From positions 2,666,001 through 2,730,000 of the forward strand of contig BQFW01000015.1 of assembly GCA_020891255.1 (NCBI GenBank): a DNA stretch of 64,000 nucleotides, given 5' to 3'. The DNA comes from Entomortierella parvispora E1425 (taxonomy: Eukaryota; Fungi; Mortierellomycota). Under the pieces are notes generated by a model, which was not told the origin of the DNA, did no database searches, and was given only the letters and a program-made list of their open reading frames with translations. A program made the translations under genes and the position numbers. Positions within the stretch are counted from its first letter, which is position 1. Each line of letters begins with the position of its first letter. Positions 52,117 through 63,226 of the stretch are shown piece by piece.

Positions 52117-52455
52117 CCTTTGCCTTTTGAACAAGAACTTTTTCTTACCCAGTTCTACTATAAGGTAGATTACGCGAGTTTGTTAGTATCGCTGAGGGAT
52201 GAAGATGCTGATCCTGCTGTTGGATCTATTGTGATGATTGCGAAAAGTAGTCAACCATGGTGATAGTGAGTCTCAAGTGCGTTGGATGACTCGAGGCGGT
52301 TGCTGTATTTACCTTGCTGCTGCTGCTGCTGCTGCTGTCGCCTGGGTGCAGAAGAAGATGACGCTGAGGCTGAGGCTGATGTAGCGGCCGGCGATGGGGT
52401 AGAGGGCGATGCCGAGAAGGCCAAGCCTACGTGAGAGGATGATTATACATCCATG

Positions 52456-55400
52456 TTAGAAAGTGGTCTCGCTTTTTGAACGCTCCCATGGACTTGCCTG
52501 TTTGCTGCCCTGCTTGCGGGTGAATGGACTGGCCACGGCGAATGGGACCTGTTGCGATGGACAGTCAAAGAAATGGTCGGCGCCTGTGTTAGATAACGAA
52601 TGGATATGTTTGTGGAGCAATTGGGCGATTCACTCACCTCCTGTGGATGATCCTGCTTCGGCTTGCCTTCCTCGCACTGACTCTGCGTAGGACCACAACC
52701 TCATGGGTGCCCCGGTCTGTGGCTGACTCTGTGTCTGCTGTCGTGTTTGGGGTTGCATCCGTGGACGAGCTTGCGAACTTGACGCTGATGCTGGTCCTTG
52801 CCGTGCCTGTGCCTGTGCCACTCCCACTGCTGCAATGGCAGCATAGCTTTGTCTTTGTGATGACTGAGTGGGTGAAAGAAACGACCTTTGCTCTGGTGTC
52901 CATGACGCCTGGGCCTGTGTCTGGGCCTGAGCCTGACTGTGCGTTTGCGAACCCAGAGCTGAACTTGTCCATGATCCTTGCGGTATCTGTGCCAGTGTCT
53001 GCGGTGCCGTCCTCTTTGCAGCAGGACGAGTGCGTCGCTTCTTTGGTGGAGGGCCTTCTGCCTGCACTTGCGTAGAACTTGACCCTGCAGCTGACCCTGA
53101 GCCAAGCTGGGCTAGAGTCTGTGCTTGCCTCTGCTTTTGGGCGTCCTTTCGGCTCAACTTTGGTGTCTGCGGAGTGCCTGAGAAAATACAATGTGAAATG
53201 TGGTCAAGAGGACGTCAAGAGGACATTCAGCAGCACATGGTCTATAACCTATAAAAGCACGAGCAGCAGAGTTGCCTTACCTGGCGGCGACGCTGGTGGT
53301 GGAGGAGGTGGTGGTGCGCTTGAACTGCTCGAACTGGCAATGTCTGGCTGATCACCAGATTCACCACGGCGAATGATTTTGTTGGCTGGCACACCCGGTG
53401 GAAGGTTGGGTCCATACCTTTGGTCAAAGACAAATTTCTCGTCCTTTGTGATTGGCAAAAGGTAGGCAGGGCGCGAGAGGTGGTCCAGGTAGTACCTGGT
53501 CGCTACGACCATGTTGGAAGCAGCAAGAAGATCCCGGTGGAACCATGTCCCACAGCGGACACAATGGGCACGGCGTATTCCTATATAGCCCACAAAGTCC
53601 TGCTCGGAGATGCCGCTGCTCTGACACTTTGGGCAACGGCGGGAGGTATAATACTCTGGCAAACCAACAATGATGTAGCCAAGTCTTCGGGCCTAGTTGC
53701 AGTGGTTGTAAACATGAATCGTGGAACAACTGTTAGTCTCTTGTTCTTGTTGACTGGACCTTGACAGATCCGAAAAAAAAAAAAAAAAGGTGAAAGAAAA
53801 AAATTACCCGTGGCACAAAGTGGTCCAGAAACGTGTTGTGCTTGGACATCTCGTAGCCCTTTGACACTGACGAGAACCCACGCTTCCCGTCCTGCCCGAT
53901 GGAAATTACTCCCCTCGGTCTGGGCTGACCATCCTCTTGCACGCGCAGATGTGTCCCCATGGCTGTTAAGATATGGTTGGTCAGAATGTCTAGCTCTGCC
54001 GTTGTCGCACGCTTCGTTTGTGCCTCACTCTTTTGATGTCGATGGCCTTTGTTGTAGAACGAAGAGAGTAAATGGTACTCTGGGGTCAACTTTTCCTGGA
54101 TCCGTCCCTTTGGGTTGTTGTCCATCGACTCTAGCCTTGTTTCATACATTGCTATGGCCTGACCAGTCGTGGTCATTCCTGGAGTGAACTTGCGTGGTGG
54201 GATCAACTTGGCGCTCTCTCCAACCGGGATGTCAATGATGGTGTTGTTCTTCAATCTGTTGACTTCGCTCCGACGTCGATTGGACGGTTGGTACACTGCC
54301 CTTGTCTTTGCACTGATCGTATAGATAAAGTCGTCACTGTCATAGCGCTTGCAGGCAAATCCGACCATAAACTCCTTGCCAAGGTCAATCGCGCCAATGT
54401 CCACCCTGGTTGTGTCTGGAAACATTGCCGTCAGTGATTCCTGGCTAGGGACGGCTGTTGACAAGTTTGGTAGCAACTTTCGATTATCAGGGGAGAGGAC
54501 ATGTCTCCTGCGGAACCCTCCCCCCTCCTCGAATATCTCTGTGATAAATCGTTGTTGCTTCCGAATCCGGAGATCAACAGTTGAGAGGTAGGCGTGGGAC
54601 CCATTGGTGACGATCGATCCTCTGTGTAGATACGACGGCAAAAAGTTTTTTGGTTGTCCGCGCACCAGGTTGGTAGCATCTGGTATCCTCCGCTGTGCCA
54701 TCAAGAACTCGCTCGAACTAACACTCTTGTCCGAGGCATCATTTACCAGGTATGCTCTCAGATCAGACATCTCTTGGATGGTGGCAGTGGTGACCTTGTC
54801 TTTGTCTCCCTTGCCGAGGGGTGTCACCAGCTTTGTGAGGAGCCAACCGGGAGGTAATTCGTTGAGTTCTAGCTTGAAGTTCTGTTGGGTGGATGCAGGA
54901 AGGCCTTGGAGGGTCTTTTCGGCGTTCCGTATAACCATGATAAAGTTGAATATATCCCAAACATACTGGAAATGGTTCCAAAGGTCCAGCTCGCTTAGCC
55001 TGATGTAGCCGTTCCTTATGGGGGACTGAGGAAGACTCGTCGCAATGCCGGCCGCCTGATCAATAAAATACCTCCGCAACTGACATGCTAAACGGATGCC
55101 CAGTTGAGCCACAATACCGCCTTCCAGGTACACATTTCTCGACCCTTTAGCCTGAATCCCAGTCAAGACGAGGAGCATGGACTCGTCAAAGTTGGTATTA
55201 ACTTTGGAGTATAACGAGCGAATATCTTCAATGAGGTGGCGGTTGGTGTTTCCCTGACCAATTTCAAATTGGTGTCGAAAATACCTGAGCAGAGACACCA
55301 TGAAGCCACCATTGTCCCCCTTCATTCCCGATTCATCCTCAATGTCTCCCTCGTCGTCGTCACCGTCCCCAGTGTTGTCTTCGTCAGGTGCATCGTCGTC

Positions 55401-58126
55401 CTCCTCGAGTTCCTCCTCCTCCTCATCCACGTTGACTTCATCATCAGAGTCCATGTCCTCCTTGGGACTCGAGACAGGAGCGGGAGCAGGCGAGTCAATG
55501 TCCATGTCCATGGGGCCAAGGCTAGACGTGTCAATATCCATATCGGAAAGACCAACAGCAAGTGCGTCAACGTCCATACCGGTTGGACCGGACCCGGGAG
55601 TGTCAGCACTTTTCGTCTTGCTGCCCCTGCGACGACGCGAGCCCTTTTTCTTTTCGATATTCGCCAGCCTCTTCTTGCCTGCATTGTTGATAATGCTATC
55701 GACGTCGGCATTGGCAATCGCAGTAGCGGCGGCGGCGTCGGCGGCTGCCAAAGCAGTGGCGACATCAGTGTTGGTAGGATCAGCTTCGGCAGCAGTGCGA
55801 GCAATACTGGCCGCGGCTTTGGCAGCTTCAGCGGCGTCCCTCAATTTCTTTGGCAGAAACAAAGCTTCCTTCAAGGGCCGCAAATCCTTGGTGTCGGTGA
55901 TGTACAACCCAACGGCATCCTGCCCATGGCGCAACAGCTCGTTGGCGACCCGTGCAATGCGCCGCATGGTCTTGACAACTGCCAGTCTGACGTCGTTTTG
56001 GGTCAACTTCCTTAAGGTGTTATACTTTGTTTTGTTTGAGTGCTCAGCCAACCACGATGCGCTGATCGCCTTGTCAATATTGCTTCCCAGCTGGCCCATG
56101 TTCAGTGTTTTGCATGCGTGACGACCAGTCAGACTTTTGAGAAAGAACGATTTTCTCAAGGCGCGGTTGCTGGGTGGAGTGGCCGGCTTGGGTGCCTTTG
56201 GAGTCTTTGGAGTCTGCCCAGACTTTCTTGTCGTCTTCTTTTGGCTCTGCTTGGGCTTGGTCTCGGGCTTGGTCCTTGCCTCGGGGTTCTCGGGGTCTTT
56301 GTTTTTTTTGCCATAGTCTGGATCGAATGGCTTGAATGGCTTGAATTCCAGATCCTTGGGCGGATCCCCCAAGGTCGCATTGACCTGCGTGCCTGCGCCT
56401 CCGACACAGTGAACTTTGATGGCAAACTGTTTGGAAGGCATCTTGTGAAATCCTTTGCTCTTGTACTCGGCCTTGCAGCGCCCAGCACGAATGGCCATGT
56501 TGTCATCACGTATCAATCGGCGTGCATTGACACTTTGGCGATGGAGATGTTGACGTGCTTGACGCTCTTGACGTGCTGGATCGGGTGTCGCACTGTCATC
56601 CGGCTTGGGAGAATAGCCTGGGTGTGACGGGTCATCGAGGCGCGGGCACTGAACAGTCTTGAAGCGGTTGTACCTCTTTCTCTTGTACTTTTCTACGCTT
56701 GTTCTATTTGCGATCAAAGGTGTCAATGTAGAAAGAAGTGTCAGCAAGATGAGGTTTTCAATCGTGGCTCTGTCTGTATTTGTTCTGACATGATGACTTA
56801 CTGCTGTGTCGACTTTTCCTTTCGGCTTTTGAGTACCTGGCGGCGAATCTTGCCGGCCGCAAGCATGCGCTTCTTCAGGTCGATGACTTTATCTCGAGTC
56901 TGATTCTCCAAGTTTGCTCTTGTGAGCTTTACGTCGTCACTGAGTGGAGTCTCTACGCCATCGATGAATATCCTCTTGGAAGACGCTCGTTGGTTTTCCT
57001 TCATCTCGACATCCGAGGGATCGATTTTTTCAATGGCCTCCTTGACATCCTTGTGTTCGTAGTAATTGTCCAAGATCTTGAGCGCAGCGTCCTTCACAGG
57101 AATGCCGTCCACAATGATGTCTAACAGAAGGTTGCACGGAGCGTGATTAGTATTTTGCTTGATGTGAACTCTAGCCTGATGTTTGGTAGAACAAAAAAAT
57201 AGCCTTGGCTACTTACCTTTTGAGCAAGACTTGATGATACGCGAATTGGTGACAATACCAAACCCAGCAAGGTTCGCATTATAGTCCGTTTTGGACACAC
57301 AGCCCAGCACTGTGAACTGAGCCCGTGTCCGCTCCGACTTTGCCAAAAGTTCATCGACATTGTACTGGATATACTTCTTGCCAGAGGGCCGCAGAAGGAT
57401 CGGAATCGACGGATGGATGGCGTAGTCACAGTCATTGCCGACTACAACAAACTTTGTCTTTGCAATAACCAGCTCCTTGGCTCGACGAACAATTGCGAGG
57501 TCGGCCTCACCGTCGACCAGCTTGACGTACTTCTGGGCGGCGGTATCGAAATGCTGCTTCAGCTGGTGATCGTTCAGAGTTTCTAAACCAACGATAACCT
57601 CATGTCTGATGCGTCGTCTCGCCTGCACATGGCGCGGAGATTGTTCAAAAGTCCGTCCAAGCTGATAGTCATTCATGAAACGATCCGCCAATTGTGATGC
57701 CATCTGCTTGCTAAGCTTGTCCTTAAAGTCGTAGGTGAGGGATGTGCAAGACCTTAATAGCTTTGTGCAGGTCCTGTAGTCGGTCTTGTTGGTACTCTTT
57801 CCGACGGCAGCTCTATCCTCCATCTCTTTAACAATGGATTCCGCACTGTCTAGATCGGCCTGGTTGTCACGTCGCGCCATGCTTGTTGCATGCTTCTCTT
57901 TGTTGCCATGGCCGTCGATAAAGAACTCGACATTGGGAGTATTGAACTTGTTCAGGATCCAAATGGCGGCGAACTCTTCTGGCTTGCCCATCTTGCTGTT
58001 GTAGACCGAGCGAACGAGAAATGGGTAAAACGAACCGACATCGACGAGGATCTTGCAGTCTGGCAGATCGACTTTGGGGAGCTCCTTTGCTGTACCAACG
58101 ACCGCCAAAAGGCCAGGGCCACCCAT
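52456..58126 (-). CDS. XPG/FEN1-like PIN nuclease fused to a TnpB/Fanzor-like RuvC-zinc ribbon nuclease (about 1,734 aa, 6 exons)
   Basis: Exons 58126-57217, 57120-56802, 56703-53808, 53692-53281, 53177-52638, 52583-52456. All introns are GT-AG, phases are compatible, total 5205 nt. PIN motifs: MGGPGL, LVD, FIDG, EKHAT, GEAD, GNDCD, KTDY..NLAGFGI. RuvC motifs: AIDLG, PEYYTSRRCPKC, CVRC, HRDLLAASN. The exons after about 53281 are less certain. Confidence 0.85.
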
Positions 58127-59366
58127 TTTAGAAGAGCGACGCTGTGGTATTAAAAAAAAAAAAAAAAAAGGCTTTTCTGGTTAGATTCTTGAACCCTTGA
58201 TATGAACAACGTCAAGGGGCTACTCATTCGCACTTGCTTCACAGTACCTGGTGTTGGCAGCAAACGAGGGTGGTAGCTTGGAGTAGACTTTTTCAAAGGG
58301 TCGAGGGCGGGCAGCGAGATGGCGGAGAGGTGCTATGACAGAAACCGTGTGAGTGTATTGCTCCCTTACACCGGATTAAAGCAGGCAAACAGCGCGAGTA
58401 AAGCCTACCTTTGCACGGCGTCGAGACAATATCTTTGTAGGGAGATACGTGAGGGGAGAGTCTTGGGAGAAGGAGCGTGGATGGTTGTGGATGCGGATGC
58501 GTTGGAAGGGTGTATCAAGAGTACACGTCGAAGAGAGAGTAGGAATGAGAAAGGGAAAAAAAAAGAGGCAAAATAATAACCAAGGTGGGGTACGATGATG
58601 GATGATGATGGATGTTGATATCCGCGTAGTCATCAGTAAAAAGTGGACCACACCCCGCTGGCCCGTTTCCACAACCAGCTATTGTTTTCTTTGAGGGCAT
58701 GTTGGCCAGACAGAAAACAGCAGACATACGCTGCGCCATCACCACCGGTATCATGTATGAGGGTTGCTCCCAGCTGGATATTGACAAGGGGCCCCCCTTC
58801 ACTCAGATAAACCAAACGGGGTGCAACAAAGGATGCATTCACTCAACGCTGTGAAATGATTCACAGGTGTTCAATATTTTCAAAACAGTGACTGTAGATT
58901 ATCCTGGGCAAATAAGTACACCCTTACATTTTGCAAGGGTCACGTGCAAGGTGGTTGAGGACTTTAGGCCACGGCGTAAAAGAGAGCTGAGGGTAAACTG
59001 AAACTGGCCCAAGGCCAAGACCCACGCAACAAACACACCTCGCACATCAGATTGACGCCTCGAAAAGGAAGGTCTCGTTCTCAAAAGCGCTCCATTCATC
59101 AATCATTTCTTCGCCGTCCTGTGCATTACTGATTCTATTAATCCCCTATTTCCCTTGATTCCATTCTCAAATGGGCGCATCCTCCTCCGAGGTATAAATA
59201 AGTGGCCAATCTCTACTCTCTCTCCTTCTCTTCACTACCCTTCTCTCTCTTTATTATCTTTTCTCTCGCCAGTGTTCTCCCCTTCTCTCCAGCTATACCG
59301 TTCCCCCATTGCATCACACCCAACCTCTCTCTCTCCTTATCTCGTTACTACATATTCAAAGCAGCC

Positions 59367-62300
59367 ATGACCTCCTTCGTCCTCACTGAGCCCACAGCTG
59401 CCCCAATGGTGAAGGCCACAGTCTCTATTCAGGGTATGACTTGCGCAAGCTGCGTGCGCGCCATCGAAGGTGCGCTCCAGGCCTTGCCCAGCGTCCAACC
59501 TGGATCAGTCTCTGTCAACCTACTGCTCGGCCAAGCCACCCTCCTCGCCTCGCCTACCCTTTGCCCAGTCGAGCTCATCACAGAAACCATCGAGAATGCT
59601 GGATACGACGCCTCACTCTGTCGATATGCGGAGACTCTGCCTCCTGCCAACAAGACCAAAAAATCAAGCAATGCGGATGGTGCCATCGGCAACAACATCA
59701 ACGGATCCCGCTACAGAGCATCACTCACCGTCTCGGGCATGTTTTGTTCTTCCTGTACATCCAAAGTCGAGTCCCTCCTCAAATCTCTTCATGGTGCGAT
59801 CCCGACATCTGTCAAAGTGTCGCTTGCGACAGGTGACGCCCAGTTCGAATACAAGACCAAGAGCATCTCCGACTCTTCTTCATCTTTGAGTACAATCTCC
59901 TCACATTCACTTGCGGACAAGATCAGAGACCTTGGTTTTGAGGCCAACCACATCAGGATTGAGCGTATTCCCGACGACATCGACGACAGAACAATGGCTA
60001 GTCAGATCGATCAAGACCCACATGGCGATGGAACCGCCAACACCACCACGACTACAAGGCTTGACATCTCTGGAATGACCTGCGCTAGCTGTGTCAGTGC
60101 TATTGAAAGTAAGTGCCATTTTTGAACACTGAACGTTGACCTTCCCACTTTTACACTGTTTACTAACAGCCCTGTCCGTTTTCTCATAGCTTCGTTGATG
60201 GGGCTGACTGGCATCATCCAGGTCCAGGTTAATTTACTCGCAAAGTCAGGCGTGATTGTGCACGATGCAGAAGTTATTGGTGTCCGCGACTTGATTAGCG
60301 CAGTGGAAGACACGGGGTTTGATGTGTCCTTGGCAGCCGACGATGCACTTCTTAGTAGAAATGCTCTTCAGGACAAGATCAAAAAAGAAGAGCTGATGCT
60401 TCGGCGGCGATTGCTTCTGTCCCTTGTCTTTGCCGTGCCCATGTTCATCGTTTCCATGATCATGATGATGATGCTGCCAAACTCAAACCCTGTCCGTCAA
60501 GGGCTGATGCGCCAAGTCATCCCAGGACTCCGAATCCAAGACATCATCATGTTTATTCTTGCAACACCGGTCCAATTCTGGCTCGCAAAACCTTTCTACG
60601 TCAAGGCCTACCGCGCTTTGCGCTATACCCGTACCGCCAACATGGAGACCTTGGTCGCTCTCGGTACCAGTGTCGCTTACTTTGCCAGTCTTGGAAGCAT
60701 CATTGCCGCAATGGCGACCTCAAAGACACCTAGTCATGGTCATGGCATGGACATGCCACCTACCTCTGGCGTCGACTTTTTCGAAACCTCGGTTTTTTTG
60801 GTCACATTTATCAATCTCGGAAAATGGCTTGAAGCCATGGCCAAAGGCAAGACTGCAGAGACCATTACCAAACTCATGGATCTCCAACCCGATACTGCAA
60901 CTTTGGTCAAGGCGGACGAAACTCTCGAGGAAATCCCAGCATCCTTGATCCAAGTGGGTGACATCCTCCTTGTGAACGCTGGAGGCCGCATCCCATGTGA
61001 CGGTCTTCTCTGGAAGGGAAGCACGATGGTGGATGAGGCCATGATCACAGGTGAATCTCTGCCTGTGCAAAAAACTGAGCGTAAGAGCACCCTCATCAGC
61101 GCGTCTATCAACCTCACGTCGGTCATCCAGGTCAAGGCTACCAAGGTCGGCAAGGACACCACTCTCTCACGTATCATCCAACTTGTTCAAGACGCCCAGG
61201 CCAGCCCCAAAGCGCCTATCGAGGCTCTTGGCGACAAAATCTCGGGTGTTTTCGTGCCTGTTGTCATTATTCTCGCACTCTTGACATTCACTGGCTGGGC
61301 TGTGGCTGGTCATCTCGGTGCCGTTCCTGAGAGTTGGCTGCCAGAAGGCGAAAGTACTTGGATCTATGCAACTCTCTACGCAGTCGCTGTCCTGGTTATT
61401 GCTTGCCCTTGTGCCCTTGGATTGGCCTCGCCTGCTGCTGTCATGGTCGGCACCGGTGTAGCGGCCAAGCACGGAATTCTCATCAAAGGCGGTGGATTTG
61501 CCCTCGAAATGGCCAAACGATTGGACATTGTCGTGTTTGACAAGACTGGAACTTTGACCACAGGAAAACCCAAGTGGACCGACTCTTGGATTTTGCCTAG
61601 TGGTGATAAAAAGGACCAAGAGATGATCCTCCAGATCTTGGGCAAGGTCGAGGCCGGCAGCAGTCATCCTGTAGCTCTTGCTGTCGCCAAGGGAGCGGCT
61701 GAAAAGCTTTACAACACTTCATTGGACGACGATGAGCAGAGCGAACAAGATCTTTCGGCAGTCTTGCAGAAGCAATTCAACAATGTCAAGGTCGCCCATA
61801 TGCGAGAGGTGGCTGGTCGTGGCCTGTCTGCCACTCTGACCCTGGCCCAGCCTTTGTCTATTGAAGGCTATGGTCAGTTCCGCGCCTTGAATGTCCTTGT
61901 GGGAAACGAGAAGTGGATGCAGGAGAACAGTGCTCAATACCCAACTCATTCCTCTTCATCCGATCGTGAAACTGAGCTCGGCAAATGGCAATCCGAGGGA
62001 AAGTCTGTGGTCCTTTGCGCAATCAGTCCAGCAGTCAGCAGCAACAACGGTGATGAACAGAGCACCATGAGTGGAAGTACTTGCAAATGTGAACTCTGCG
62101 AGTGCATCGACTGCAACTGCAGCAGTTCTAGTTTTACCATTGTCCCATGGGTAGTGGCCCAGGTGGCAGTTGCAGATACTGCTCGTCCAGAGGCGGCCCA
62201 GGTGATTGCAGGACTTCGCGCCCAAGGCATTGAGACTTGGATGCTCACAGGTGATCATCCAACAACCGCTCAAACAATTGCACGCCAGCTCGGAATCTCG

Positions 62301-62882
62301 CAGGTTATCGCCGGTGTTCTGCCAGAAGATAAGGCTGCCAAAGTCCGTCAACTTCAATTGGCAGGACGACCTAAATCGCATGGACGTTGGTCATGGGGTA
62401 AGAGCAAGGGTAGTCAGAGTGACAAGCCCTCGCTCGAAACGATAGCGATCCCCTTGCAAGATTTGAACAGCTCGCGCACCTACCAGTCCATGCGTCCTGC
62501 CATCGTTGCCATGGTAGGTGATGGTATCAACGATTCCCCAGCACTTGCCCAATCCAACTTGGGAATCTCTGTTGGATCGGCCACCGATATTGCCATTGAA
62601 GCCGCCTCGATCGTCTTGCTTCGGGACACTCTTACGGATCTGCTTGTGATGCGAGATCTGGCCAGGACAGTTGTGCGCCGAATTCAGATCAACTTTTTGT
62701 GGGCATTCATGTACAACGTGGTCATGATTCCGGTCGCAGCAGGTGTTCTTGTCGCATGGAATCGCTCGGCAGTCATTGGACCATCGTGGGCTGGTTTGGC
62801 CATGGCGGCTTCGAGTGTCAGTGTCGTCCTTTCAAGTCTTCGTCTGAGATCTTACAAGTACAAGGCTCCTCGCTCTGTTTAA
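59367..62882 (+). CDS. CCC2: P1B-type Cu(I)-transporting ATPase (Ccc2/ATP7-like), 1 intron at about 60109-60189
   Basis: Three HMA motifs (GMTCASC, GMFCSSC, GMTCASC), TGES, ACPCALGLA, FDKTGTLT, SSHP, GDGINDSPALA, WAFMYN, AMAASSVSVV. Confidence 0.96.
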
Positions 62883-63226
62883 CAATAGCGCTATATAGCA
62901 TTACAATACATATCGATTTCGTTCATTTTACCTGAATATTCTTGAGAACTGCGTGGCTAGGGTGCACAGGCCCTCGGTCCTGAAGGCTGAAGGGCACAAC
63001 CACCCAGGGCACAAAGCATCCTATCAAACTCACATATTCATTTTGCCACCAAAACTGGACCAAAAAGTGCAAGGTGGCTTGGCACTTACATCTTTTCATA
63101 GACGATCTCGAATGCTCTTACTTCAATTTCTCATTCGTGCACCCATCGACACACCAGGACCAAGGACCATCAGCCGGTGGATTTCCCTGTTCAAAGACTT
63201 TAGAGACCAACGACAAATAGACGACA

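Larger units (their letters stand above)
51991..58946 (-). mobile_element. Candidate ~7-kb Fanzor-carrying element (boundaries tentative, no transposase seen)
   Basis: Encloses only the XPG-RuvC gene. Imperfect inverted termini CATGCGACCTTTGCAAAA (51991-52008) and TTTTGCAAGGGTCACGTG (58929-58946) match at 15/18. CA lies immediately outside both ends. Confidence 0.35.

Noticed and set aside
57209-58126. Stand-alone host FEN1/EXO1/GEN1/Rad2 gene
   Set aside because: It diverges strongly from the conserved host paralogs (no EAEAQ, GCDY becomes KTDY) and splices in frame into the downstream RuvC-containing exons.
58515-58842. Short ORFs upstream of the fusion gene as a possible small transposase or accessory protein
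   Set aside because: No DDE, HUH (Y1), serine- or tyrosine-recombinase motifs. More consistent with UTR/promoter sequence.
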